DNA from: Methanocaldococcus indicus
Lineage (GTDB): Archaea; AGJL01; Methanococci; Methanococcales; Methanocaldococcaceae
Reading direction: 5' to 3'
Assembly: GCF_049554935.1 (NCBI RefSeq)
Contig: NZ_CP186926.1
Coordinates: forward strand, 192,001-256,000
DNA: 64,000 bases
The notes under the pieces were generated by a model. The model was given only the letters and a program-made list of their open reading frames with translations, was not told the DNA's origin and ran no database searches. This document shows positions 34,275-44,108 of this stretch, one piece after another (within the stretch, counting starts at the first letter, position 1; each line of letters begins with the position of its first letter). The translations under genes and the position numbers were made by a program.

Positions 34275-34945
34275 CAGTTATCCCTCTTAATGTAATTGTA
34301 TAAATAATACATTACAAACATTAATAATACAATATACCAATACTCCTTTAAATATATGGATATATATCCTACATAAGGAATAACCAAAGGTTTTCCATCA
34401 ATTGTTACAACTCTCTGATAAACTTGGTTAATACTAACTAATTCTGGGTCATGTATAGGATTATTATCACCTTTTATTAAAAGATATTCTTTATTATTAA
34501 AGTGTATAATTTTTATAACTCTATGAACAACAGGTTTTGTGGATGCATATCCTTTATATTCATATATATTATAGTCATCAGCATTTCCTAAATACCTTAT
34601 ATCAATTGTTTTAGAATTTGTAACATTAAATAAAAACAAAGTCTTTTCTGGGTTTAAATGATATTTTATCATTATTTCATCTAATATATATTGAACTGAT
34701 GGCCAATGAGCTTTATATACAACAATATCTCCAACTTTTATATCTTTTGGATTAAACTCAAAATTAGCATTTTCCACAACAATTAAGTCACCTCTTTTAA
34801 AAAGAGGATACATACTGTTTGAAACAACTACATTAACATGGCTCCAAATTATAAACAATATAGCTAAAAAAATTATCCACTCTAAGATATCTTTTTTATT
34901 AATGTTATCACCAATAACATTCAATAAATTAGAATTTAAAAACAA
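34274..34945 (-). CDS. Signal peptidase I (S26); start uncertain
   Basis: VVSNSMYP, VVHRV, KGDNN..D, IPYVG. Confidence 0.92.
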   Translation of the reverse strand: MFLNSNLLNVIGDNINKKDILEWIIFLAILFIIWSHVNVVVSNSMYPLFKRGDLIVVENANFEFNPKDIKVGDIVVYKAHWPSVQYILDEIMIKYHLNPEKTLFLFNVTNSKTIDIRYLGNADDYNIYEYKGYASTKPVVHRVIKIIHFNNKEYLLIKGDNNPIHDPELVSINQVYQRVVTIDGKPLVIPYVGYISIYLKEYWYIVLLMFVMYYLYNYIKRDN

Positions 34946-35023
34946 AAATAGGACTTTATATAACTTAACCTTTTTGGTTTTAAATTTTAAAAATAAAAAA
35001 TAATTATATAGAAAAATAATTAT

Positions 35024-35314
35024 TTATCTGGAATAGCAACAACAATGATGATATGCATAGCATTTACAATGACAACAACAGTGATTTAACCCTTCATAAG
35101 TACAGTTATCACATGGATAAGTATTGTTTATATATATACAATGGCAATATCCGTGGTTTAATCCTCCACAATTACAGTTATCACATGGGCATGTATTGTT
35201 CATACATAAGCAACATATATTATTCAAATTTGTCTCATTGAAATTTGCAGAAACTCCAACTATACAGAAAAATATTACTCCCAAAAGTCCCAAACCCACA
35301 AATAGCTTTTTCAT
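35024..35314 (-). CDS. Secreted Cys/His-rich small protein with an internal 24-aa repeat
   Basis: GGTGAT SD, signal peptide ending VSA, 19 Cys + 6 His in the 73-aa mature part. Confidence 0.75.
   Translation of the reverse strand: MKKLFVGLGLLGVIFFCIVGVSANFNETNLNNICCLCMNNTCPCDNCNCGGLNHGYCHCIYINNTYPCDNCTYEGLNHCCCHCKCYAYHHCCCYSR
35065..35212. repeat. Two-copy 72-bp imperfect tandem duplication inside the Cys-rich gene (outer limits approximate)
   Basis: tacagttatcacatgg at 35101 and 35173, each followed by gtattgtt. Confidence 0.8.
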
Positions 35315-35515
35315 CATATCACCTATATATGTAGTATATTTGCTACACAAGTAATATAATGCATACACCAAATATATAAATTTAACTAATATCCAACATT
35401 ATAAATATTTTAGTATTACAAATATCTCTTAAAATATTACTATAACAAAATATATATATGAGATTATTGTTCATAAGAATTATAATGATTAATCATGACA
35501 AATTTAGGGATAGTT

Positions 35516-37810
35516 ATGTCAAACAATAAGGTTTTTGGAGATATTATAAAGCTAAAAAATGCTCAGATATCTATGAGTATTAAATTTTTAAGTGAAGAGG
35601 AAGAGGAAACAAAATCAAAAGGTCCTACACCAAAACCTCAAACAACAACTCTAAGAAAATGGGATTTTAAACTATTAAATAGATATAAACCATTCTATAT
35701 GCCAATTTGTGATATGTGTTGTCTTTGTACTTATGGAAAGTGTGATTTAACAAAAGGAAAAAAAGGAGCTTGTGGGATTAATTTAGCTACTCAACAGGCA
35801 AGGATGGTAACAATAGCTTGTTGTATCGGAACAGCTTGTCATATTGCACATGCAAGACATCTAATTGAGTTAGCAATAGAAAAATTGGGAGAGAACTACA
35901 AAATAGATTTAGGAAGTGAGATTCAGGTTGAAGCACCAATAACAAGGTTAGTTATGGGTTTTGCTCCAAAAAAATTAAAGGACTTAATGAAAGTTGTTGA
36001 ATATTGTGAAGAACAGCTTTCCCATATACTATCTTCAACACACACAGGACAAGAAGGGAGTTATTTAGATTATGAGAGTAAATCTTTACATATTGGAATG
36101 ATTGATGATTTGGCAAGAGAAGTTGGAGATATTGCCCAAATGCTTCTATACAATATGCCTATTGGTGAGGATGACACTGATATTATAGATTTTGGATTAG
36201 GTTGTGTAGATATTAATAAACCTGTTATTTTATGTATTGGGCATAATGTTGTTCCAGGTGGATATATTTTAGAGTATTTAGAAGACAACAATTTAGAAGA
36301 TGAGTTAGAGGTATGTGGTATTTGTTGTACAGCCATTGATATTTCAAGAGTTTCAAAGAGAGCCAAGATAGTTGGACCACTATCAAGACAACTAATGTTT
36401 TTAAGGATGGGAGTAGCTGATGTTGTTGTTATAGATGAGCAATGTATAAGATTAGACATATTGGAAGAAGTTAAGAAAACTAATGCTATTTTAATAGCTA
36501 CTAATGAAAAGATGTGTTTAGGATTAGAAGATATTTCAGATTTATCTGAGGAGGAGATGATATCTTACTTATTAAGAAATAGAGCAGCTCTAATAATGGA
36601 TATGGAAAAATTAGGAAAAGTAGCTGTTGAAGTTGCTAAAATTGTTGCAAAAGAAAGAAAAAAAGATTATCTTCCAAATATAGATGAGATAAAAAGAATT
36701 TTAGAGAAATGTACTGAATGTGGATGGTGTGATAGAGCTTGTCCTAATGGATTTAACATAACTGAATCTCTAAAAGAAGCAAAAAGAGGAAACTTTGATA
36801 AATTAGCTGAATTGTTTAAAAAATGTTATGGATGTGGAAGATGTGAGCAAATATGTCCAAGAGAAATTCCAATTGTTAATTTAACAACAAAGGCAGGTGT
36901 TCTATACTACAATGGATTTAACTTTAAAATTAGAAGAGCAAGAGGTCCAGTAAGGGATGTAGAGATTAGAAAAGTTGGAGCACCAATTGTTTTTGGAGAC
37001 ATTCCAGGAGTTGTAGCTTTTGTAGGATGCACTAACTTACCAAATGGAGAGGAAGAAGTTGCTTTAATGGCAAAAGAACTGTTAGAGAGGAATTATATTG
37101 TTGTTGGAGCTGGATGTGGTGCAATGTCATTGGCTATGTGGAAAGATAATGATGGTAAAACACTTTATGAGAAATATGCTGGAAGATTTGAAGGAAAAGG
37201 TTTGTTAAATTTAGGACCATGTTTAGCAAACTCTCATGTGTCAGGAGCTTTGGTTAAGATAGCCAATATTTTTGCTAAAAAACCATTAGAAGGTAATTAT
37301 GAAGAGATAGCAGACTTTATCTTAAATAGAGTTGGAGCTGTTGGTGTAGCTTGGGGTGCTATGAGTCAAAAAGCTGCTGCTATAGCTACTGGATTTAATA
37401 GATTAGGAGTTCCAGTAATTTTAGGCCCTCATGGTTCAAAGTATAGAAGATTATACATATCAAATGAAGATAAATTCAAAGTTAAAGATATAAATACAGG
37501 AGAAATTTTTGAGACAGACCCAGTTCCAGAGCATTTAAAAATAACTGCTGAAAACTACAAGGAATGTTTAGCTATGATTCCAAAGATGTGTATGAGATTA
37601 TCAGATACTCCAAAAGGTAGAAGTATGAAGTTATATCATTATATAAGTATATATGAAAAATATTTTGGGAAAATGCCTCCTGATTTGGAAAAGTTTGTTA
37701 GAACTGAGGCAGATATTCCATTTATGTTAAAAGAGAAAGTAATAGAATACTTAAAAGAGAAAGACTGGAAACCACTTGAAAAATATCCAGCAAATCCAAC
37801 AATTAGGTGA
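35516..37810 (+). CDS. cdhA: CO dehydrogenase/acetyl-CoA synthase alpha subunit
   Basis: CDMCCLCTYGKC, IGHN, GICCT, DEQC, 2x[4Fe-4S] motifs. Confidence 0.97.
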   Translation: MSNNKVFGDIIKLKNAQISMSIKFLSEEEEETKSKGPTPKPQTTTLRKWDFKLLNRYKPFYMPICDMCCLCTYGKCDLTKGKKGACGINLATQQARMVTIACCIGTACHIAHARHLIELAIEKLGENYKIDLGSEIQVEAPITRLVMGFAPKKLKDLMKVVEYCEEQLSHILSSTHTGQEGSYLDYESKSLHIGMIDDLAREVGDIAQMLLYNMPIGEDDTDIIDFGLGCVDINKPVILCIGHNVVPGGYILEYLEDNNLEDELEVCGICCTAIDISRVSKRAKIVGPLSRQLMFLRMGVADVVVIDEQCIRLDILEEVKKTNAILIATNEKMCLGLEDISDLSEEEMISYLLRNRAALIMDMEKLGKVAVEVAKIVAKERKKDYLPNIDEIKRILEKCTECGWCDRACPNGFNITESLKEAKRGNFDKLAELFKKCYGCGRCEQICPREIPIVNLTTKAGVLYYNGFNFKIRRARGPVRDVEIRKVGAPIVFGDIPGVVAFVGCTNLPNGEEEVALMAKELLERNYIVVGAGCGAMSLAMWKDNDGKTLYEKYAGRFEGKGLLNLGPCLANSHVSGALVKIANIFAKKPLEGNYEEIADFILNRVGAVGVAWGAMSQKAAAIATGFNRLGVPVILGPHGSKYRRLYISNEDKFKVKDINTGEIFETDPVPEHLKITAENYKECLAMIPKMCMRLSDTPKGRSMKLYHYISIYEKYFGKMPPDLEKFVRTEADIPFMLKEKVIEYLKEKDWKPLEKYPANPTIR

Positions 37811-37815
37811 AGAGT

Positions 37816-38250
37816 ATGGAAGAAAAATTTACTCCTTTTATACCTACTGCTGGAACTAATCTAAATCATGCTGAGATAACATCTCCTTCAATTGTTAGAA
37901 TGATGATTAATAGGGCTAAAAACCCAGTTATTGTTGTAGGGGAAAACTTAGATGAAGATGAAAAAGAAATAGTAAATGAAATTATTGAGACATTTAAGTT
38001 AAAATGTATAAGAACTCCTGAGGATATGAATTTAATAATAGCCTATAATAAGATAGTCAAAGATAAGCATGATTTAGTTTTATTTATTGGCATAACTTAC
38101 TACTACTTAGCTCAAACTGTTTCTTACTTAAAAAACTTTTCTAATACAACAACTGTCTCAATAGACAGATACTATCATCCAAATGTCCATTATTCATTTC
38201 CTAACTTAGAAAAAGAGGAACTAATTGAATACTTGAAAAAAATATTATAA
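37816..38250 (+). CDS. cdhB: CODH/ACS epsilon subunit
   Basis: AKNP, DLVLFIGITYY, HPN..SFPN. Confidence 0.93.
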   Translation: MEEKFTPFIPTAGTNLNHAEITSPSIVRMMINRAKNPVIVVGENLDEDEKEIVNEIIETFKLKCIRTPEDMNLIIAYNKIVKDKHDLVLFIGITYYYLAQTVSYLKNFSNTTTVSIDRYYHPNVHYSFPNLEKEELIEYLKKIL

Positions 38251-38265
38251 ATTGAGAGGGAAAAA

Positions 38266-38742
38266 ATGAATCCAAAAATAATTGTAATCAACACAGAAAA
38301 ATGCTCTAAATGTTATGACTGTATAAACATATGCAGAGAAATTCATGGAGTAGAGAGAATTAGAAAATTTGAAGGAATTCCTATATTTTGTATGCAATGT
38401 GAAAAAGCACCATGTAGAGATATTTGCCCAGTTGATGCTATCTATCTAAAAGACAATATCCCAATAGTTGATAGAGAGATATGTATTGGTTGTGGAATGT
38501 GTGTAATTGCCTGTCCTATTGGAGCTATATTTATAAAAGATGGAGTAGCTCACAAATGCACACTTTGTTATGACACAGAAAGATTAACTCCTGCATGTAT
38601 TGAAGCATGTAAAGATAAGGCATTAGTATTAGTGACTGAGGAAATTCTAAATCTAACTAAAGATGAAAAAATTAAAAAGATTATAAATTACCTAAAAGAA
38701 ACAGAAAAAAAGGATAAAAGGAAATTAAAGGTGAATAAATAA
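38266..38742 (+). CDS. 4Fe-4S dicluster protein (CooF-like)
   Basis: CMQCEKAPC..ICP, CIGCGMCVIACP, KCTLC. Confidence 0.92.
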   Translation: MNPKIIVINTEKCSKCYDCINICREIHGVERIRKFEGIPIFCMQCEKAPCRDICPVDAIYLKDNIPIVDREICIGCGMCVIACPIGAIFIKDGVAHKCTLCYDTERLTPACIEACKDKALVLVTEEILNLTKDEKIKKIINYLKETEKKDKRKLKVNK

Positions 38743-40142
38743 TGTTTGAAAATATTCCAGTATCAGTAGGACCGATGAATGAAGGGGAGAGGATAAGGAA
38801 GCCCGATATGTATGTAGAATTAGCTGGACCAAAGAGTTATGGATTTGAGTTAGTGAGAGTAGATAACAACGTAGAGGATAAAGTTGAAATTATAGGAAAA
38901 GATTTAGATGAATTAGAGGAAGGGAAAGCTCATCCTTTCGCTATTATTGTTAAAGTTAAGGGTAAGGATTTGGAAGAAGATTTAGAAGGAGTTTTAGAGA
39001 GAAGAGTCCATGAATTTTTTAACTATATAGAAGGAGTTATGCATTTAAATCAAAGAGACCAAGTTTGGATTAGAGTATCAAAAGATGCTTTTAAAAAAGG
39101 TTTAAGATTAAAACATATTGGTGAAGTTATTAAAGATTTGTTTAAAGCAGAGTTTCCATTTATTGAAAATTGCGAAGTAACTATAATAACTAACCCTGAA
39201 AAAGTTAAAAAAGAATTAGAAAAGGCCAAAGAGATATATAAAAAGAGAGACGAAAAAACTAAATCAATTAGAGAAGAGGATGTAGATGTATTTTATGGTT
39301 GTATAATGTGTCAAAGTTTTGCTCCAACACACGTATGTGTTATAACTCCCGATAGACCTGCTTTATGTGGAGGAATAAATTATTTAGATGCGAGAGCAGC
39401 GGCAAAAATAGACCCTAATGGACCAATATTTGTAATTGAAAAAGGAGAATGTTTAGACGAAAAATTAGGTATATATTCAGGGGTTAATGAGGTTGTTAAA
39501 GAAAAATCTCAAGGAGCATTTGAACAGTTTGCTTTACATTCAGGTTTAGAAAGTCCATGTACATCATGTGGATGTTTTGAGGCGGTAGCGTTTTATATTC
39601 CAGAAGTAGATGGATTTGGGATAGTGCATAGGAACTTTAAAGGAGAGACACCATTAGGAATACCGTTTTCAACATTAGCGGGACAGTGTAGCGGAGGAAA
39701 CCAAGTTCCTGGATTCGTTGGAATATCAATTAGTTATATGCAATCTCCTAAATTCTTACAAGGAGATGGTGGATGGAACAGAGTAGTATGGCTACCGAGG
39801 GAATTAAAAGAGAGAGTTAAAGAAGCGATACCAAAAGAGATATATGATAAGATAGCAACAGAGGAAGATGTAAAAAATACTGATGAACTTAGAAATTTCT
39901 TAAAAGAGAAAGGACATCCAGTAATTAATCTATGGGAAAAAGAAGAAACAAAAGAAGAAGTTGAAGAAAAAGAAGAACCTAAAAAAGAAACTAAAACTAT
40001 GGAAAAAGCTCCAGAGCTTGGAGTATCTACTTTATCTCTTCCTGGGGAAGCTTTTGGATTGCCAACAGGAATTAGAATTGAAATGTACAATGTAATTATA
40101 AAAGCAGAAAAAATTGTAATTAAAAAGGAGAAGAAACAATAA
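38742..40142 (+). CDS. cdhC: Acetyl-CoA synthase beta subunit
   Basis: GCIMCQSFAPTHVC, TSCGCFE. Confidence 0.97.
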   Translation: MFENIPVSVGPMNEGERIRKPDMYVELAGPKSYGFELVRVDNNVEDKVEIIGKDLDELEEGKAHPFAIIVKVKGKDLEEDLEGVLERRVHEFFNYIEGVMHLNQRDQVWIRVSKDAFKKGLRLKHIGEVIKDLFKAEFPFIENCEVTIITNPEKVKKELEKAKEIYKKRDEKTKSIREEDVDVFYGCIMCQSFAPTHVCVITPDRPALCGGINYLDARAAAKIDPNGPIFVIEKGECLDEKLGIYSGVNEVVKEKSQGAFEQFALHSGLESPCTSCGCFEAVAFYIPEVDGFGIVHRNFKGETPLGIPFSTLAGQCSGGNQVPGFVGISISYMQSPKFLQGDGGWNRVVWLPRELKERVKEAIPKEIYDKIATEEDVKNTDELRNFLKEKGHPVINLWEKEETKEEVEEKEEPKKETKTMEKAPELGVSTLSLPGEAFGLPTGIRIEMYNVIIKAEKIVIKKEKKQ

Positions 40143-40148
40143 CAATTT

Positions 40149-40481
40149 TTACATAACAATTATTCTTACTTTATGCTTTTTAGCTAATTTTAAGGCCTTT
40201 TCAGTTAATTTAACATTTTTTCCAATAACAAACATAGGCTTGGCTTTAATCTTGTTAGCTTTTTTTATATGATTTTCAATAACTGATGTACATAGTATCT
40301 GTTTTCCACTTTTTACTTCTATAGCATATTTACAATTTCTATACTTAGCTATGATATCATACTCTGCCTTTTTATGTTGATTAAGTTTTTTTATAACATT
40401 CCTTTCTTCTATTATATATCCTCTCTTTTTTAACTTATTTGCTACAATACTCTCTTTTTTACTACCTTTCCTTTTTCCCAT
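40149..40481 (-). CDS. Small basic PD-(D/E)xK nuclease (Mrr-cat/YraN/Hjc-like)
   Basis: E...L...GY, EYDIIA, IEVK. Confidence 0.78.
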   Translation of the reverse strand: MGKRKGSKKESIVANKLKKRGYIIEERNVIKKLNQHKKAEYDIIAKYRNCKYAIEVKSGKQILCTSVIENHIKKANKIKAKPMFVIGKNVKLTEKALKLAKKHKVRIIVM

Positions 40482-40542
40482 ATTATGAACCATTAATTTA
40501 TATATTTGAATAATTTGAGATTAATAAAAAAAGTTTTTAAAA

Positions 40543-40827
40543 TTATTTAACTCTCTCTAATTCACTTACAATATTCCATATTTGTGTTCTTGTGTGTAGT
40601 GGCATATTTGGGTCGTTGCTGATTTCATCTAAAATGTGAATTGCAGTAGCACTTCTTACTATTGGTTCTTCTCCTTCTTTTAAAACAACTTCTTTGGCTT
40701 TTTCAGCTGCTGCTCTTATGTTTCTTGGTACTGTTGTATCATTAATAATCTCATCTAACATCAAAGCAACTCCCTTTAATATTTCCTCTGGAGTTTTTTC
40801 ACTCTCTGCCTTAGCTCCAAATACCAT
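40543..40827 (-). CDS. UPF0147 family protein
   Basis: DTTVPRNIR, DPNMPLHTRT. Confidence 0.93.
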   Translation of the reverse strand: MVFGAKAESEKTPEEILKGVALMLDEIINDTTVPRNIRAAAEKAKEVVLKEGEEPIVRSATAIHILDEISNDPNMPLHTRTQIWNIVSELERVK

Positions 40828-40907
40828 AACTATTCTCACCTCCTAAAAAATAATTTATTATGTTATAAATTGTAAAACTAATATTTTAAGATTTATTATG
40901 AAATATC

Positions 40908-42197
40908 TTAATTAAGTAATATATCTTTTAGCTTTTCAATAACCTTTATTATGTCCTCTTCTTTAACACCAATAGCTGAATTAACAACTAAATAATTGTA
41001 AGGATATCCTTTTAAACAACTTGTTCCAAATTTATCATTTCCTAAAACTCCTCTTGGACCTGTTACTCTCAAATTATATAATTTTTTAGCAACATCTAAT
41101 GAATTTTTTAAAGTAATAGCTGTTGAAATAGGGTTTTTAACTTTTAAAACTCTTTCATCTATTTTTTTACAAAGTTCTTCTAACTGTTCATCTAACAATT
41201 TTTTACATCTTTTTTGCTCTTTCATAAGTTCTTTGTATTTATCAACTCCTAAATATAGAAGAGAAATTAATGTATTGGCTATTGGATTTGCTGATGCCCT
41301 TCCTGGATATGTAAAAGATATCTCTTTTAAAAATTTTTTATTTTTTGTGTATATAAAAGCTCCTCCTATTGGAGTGAATAGATTTTTATCTGTTGAACTA
41401 ACAACTGCATCAACTCTATATTTAAATGCCTTATTTAATTTGTCTATATAAAATGTGTTTTGGATTGCATAAGCCCCATTTATTATGTGGGGAACATCAT
41501 ATTCTTCACAAAGTTTAGCAATATCAACAATATCCTCCTCTCTTGGAGGGAAAAATGTTAAAGTTGATAAAACAACAGGATTCTCTTCTTTTTTTATAGC
41601 TTTTTCTATATTATCTACTGGAACTTTTAAAGCATCTCCAAAAAGTTCAGTATCAACAATCCTCATTCTAAATCCTACAAATGATGTAGCTTTTATAGGA
41701 CTTTTATGAGCTGCATAGGGGTAGATAACAACATCTGATTTATATATTTTCCTTACAGTTGATAGAACTAAGCCAATACTCATCCCAGTAGCTACTGGTG
41801 TTGCTATTGCATTTACATTTAATCCTAACTCTTTTAAAAAGCTCTCTAATATTTTGTTAGTTAGTTTATACATTATACTTGCTCCAGGAGCTTTTGGTTG
41901 AGGGTCTGTTAAATTTCCACTTCTACCTACACCATGACAAAAATCAAAGACACTCTCCCTTTGTAAGTTTGTTAAAACTCTACCCTCTCTTTCTCCAATT
42001 TGAATAACCTTAGGGTCTTTGTCAGTATCCATAAATGAGAGTATTCTCAATAAAAGTTTTATATGTTCTTCTTTTAATCCTTTTTTTGGCACTTTTCTCT
42101 GCTCAATTATATTGTTGATTATGTCAATATTCTCTTTTAAGGACAATAAACCCCTATCTTCCATATGTTTTGGTAAAAAGTTTTTTATATTTAGCAT
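40908..42197 (-). CDS. spcS: O-phosphoseryl-tRNA(Sec) selenium transferase (SepSecS)
   Basis: GEREGR, HGVGRSG, QPKAPG, SSTDKN, YPGRA. Confidence 0.95.
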   Translation of the reverse strand: MLNIKNFLPKHMEDRGLLSLKENIDIINNIIEQRKVPKKGLKEEHIKLLLRILSFMDTDKDPKVIQIGEREGRVLTNLQRESVFDFCHGVGRSGNLTDPQPKAPGASIMYKLTNKILESFLKELGLNVNAIATPVATGMSIGLVLSTVRKIYKSDVVIYPYAAHKSPIKATSFVGFRMRIVDTELFGDALKVPVDNIEKAIKKEENPVVLSTLTFFPPREEDIVDIAKLCEEYDVPHIINGAYAIQNTFYIDKLNKAFKYRVDAVVSSTDKNLFTPIGGAFIYTKNKKFLKEISFTYPGRASANPIANTLISLLYLGVDKYKELMKEQKRCKKLLDEQLEELCKKIDERVLKVKNPISTAITLKNSLDVAKKLYNLRVTGPRGVLGNDKFGTSCLKGYPYNYLVVNSAIGVKEEDIIKVIEKLKDILLN

Positions 42198-42236
42198 GAA
42201 TATACACCTACAACTAAAATTTTTGGTGTTGTATAA

Positions 42237-42902
42237 ATGATAAAGGAAATCTATGAAAATGTATATATGATTGATGATAAATTAGCAACTAAGTCAATTG
42301 ATAAGGGTAAGAGAGTCTATGATGAAAAAATTATTAAAGTTGATGGTGAAGAGTATAGAGTTTGGAATCCATATAAAAGTAAATTAGCAGCAGCAATATT
42401 AAAAGGTTTAAAAACACTTCCAATAAAGAGAGATAGTAAGATTTTATATTTGGGAGCTTCTGCTGGAACAACTCCATCCCATGTCTCTGATATAGCTGAT
42501 AAAGGAGTTATTTATGCTGTTGAATACTCCCCAAGAATTTTAAGAGAGATGTTATCCTCATGTAAGAATAGAAAAAATCTCATTCCTATATTGGGAGATG
42601 CAAACAAACCTCAAGAATATTCCTATATTGAGAGAGTAGATATCCTTTATGAAGATGTTGCTCAACCAAACCAAGCTGAAATTTTAATAAAAAATGCAAA
42701 ATTCTTTCTAAAAAAAGATGGATATGCAATGATTGCTATAAAGGCAAGAAGTATAGATGTCACCAAAGAACCAAAAGAAATATTTAAAGAACAAAAAGAA
42801 ATTTTAGAAAAATATGGATTTAAAGTTTTGGAAGAGATAGATATTGAACCTTATGAAAAAGACCATATTTTATTTTTATGTAGATACAAAGGTGAAAAAT
42901 AA
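42237..42902 (+). CDS. flpA: Fibrillarin-like 2'-O-methyltransferase
   Basis: [31 protein letters not shown]. Confidence 0.97.
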   Translation: MIKEIYENVYMIDDKLATKSIDKGKRVYDEKIIKVDGEEYRVWNPYKSKLAAAILKGLKTLPIKRDSKILYLGASAGTTPSHVSDIADKGVIYAVEYSPRILREMLSSCKNRKNLIPILGDANKPQEYSYIERVDILYEDVAQPNQAEILIKNAKFFLKKDGYAMIAIKARSIDVTKEPKEIFKEQKEILEKYGFKVLEEIDIEPYEKDHILFLCRYKGEK

Positions 42903-43483
42903 TGTTTGAGTTTTTCTACAATTTTTTAGATGGTATTTTTCTACCTCTTATAAAAAGTTTTCATCCAGCAATAGCAATATTGATTATTGCTTTAATTGTT
43001 TCTTTAATTACAAATGTTGCCACAAAACTTTTAGTTAATCAGGAGAGAGTAGCAGAAATAAAAGAGGAATTAAAGAACTATCAAAAGAAGTTAAAATTAG
43101 CTCAAAAAAATCCTGATTTAATGCAAGAACTTCAAAAAGAGCAAGAAAAATATTTAAAGTTAAATACTGAATTAATGAAGATGAGCTTTAAACCAATGAT
43201 ATATACATGGATTCCAATAATTCTAATATTTATATACCTAAAACATGTATATGGATTTAATGGTTTGTATCATCAACTATATCCTAATTGGAATGGTGTA
43301 GTTGTTTATCTTCCAACAATCATAGCTAAGATAATGTTATTAGATTTCTGGCATTGGCTTGGTTCAATATTTTATAAAGGTGGCTTTCCAATTGTAAAAA
43401 ATGCTCTTGGATGGTTGGGTTGGTATATATTAAATTCAATTGCATTTTCAACAGTATTAAGGAAAATTTTAGGAATTAAGTGA
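42902..43483 (+). CDS. DUF106 / EMC3-Oxa1 superfamily membrane protein
   Basis: TM-coiled coil-TM; [14 protein letters not shown]. Confidence 0.88.
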   Translation: MFEFFYNFLDGIFLPLIKSFHPAIAILIIALIVSLITNVATKLLVNQERVAEIKEELKNYQKKLKLAQKNPDLMQELQKEQEKYLKLNTELMKMSFKPMIYTWIPIILIFIYLKHVYGFNGLYHQLYPNWNGVVVYLPTIIAKIMLLDFWHWLGSIFYKGGFPIVKNALGWLGWYILNSIAFSTVLRKILGIK

Positions 43484-43488
43484 GGAAA

Positions 43489-44103
43489 ATGGACATAAAC
43501 TATTTCTTATACAGTTTTGTATCTATTTTTATAACTGTTGACCCAATAGGTCTATTACCAATGATACACTCTCTACTTATAAACTATTCTGAGGATGATA
43601 GAAAAAAAATAATTAAAAAAGCTATTTTTATATCTACTATTGTTCTATTAACTTTTGCTATTTTTGGAAAATATATATTTGCATATTTTGGAATTACTAT
43701 GGATTCTTTTAAAGTTGCTGGAGGTTTGTTATTATTAAAGATATCTTGGGATATGTTACAAGCAGAAATACCAAAAACAAAACATAAACCAGATGAAAAG
43801 ATTGAGGGGGATATTGATAGTATTGCCTATGTTCCTTTAGCTATTCCTCTAATCTCTGGACCAGGAGCTATAACAACAACCATGATTTTAGTAGGAAAAT
43901 CTACATCACTTACTAAAAAGTTGGAGGTAATATTGGCTATTATTTTAGTTATGCTTATATCATATATTTTAATGTATTTCTCAGATAAAATTTTAAGTAA
44001 ATTGAATATTTATGGGATTAATGCATTTGTAAGAATTATGGGATTATTGTTAATGGCTATATCAGTCCAAATAATATTTTCAGGAGTTTCTCAACTAATT
44101 TAA
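43489..44103 (+). CDS. MarC family membrane protein
   Basis: DPIG, PLAIPLISGPGAI, RIMGLLL. Confidence 0.93.
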   Translation: MDINYFLYSFVSIFITVDPIGLLPMIHSLLINYSEDDRKKIIKKAIFISTIVLLTFAIFGKYIFAYFGITMDSFKVAGGLLLLKISWDMLQAEIPKTKHKPDEKIEGDIDSIAYVPLAIPLISGPGAITTTMILVGKSTSLTKKLEVILAIILVMLISYILMYFSDKILSKLNIYGINAFVRIMGLLLMAISVQIIFSGVSQLI

Positions 44104-44108
44104 ATTAT

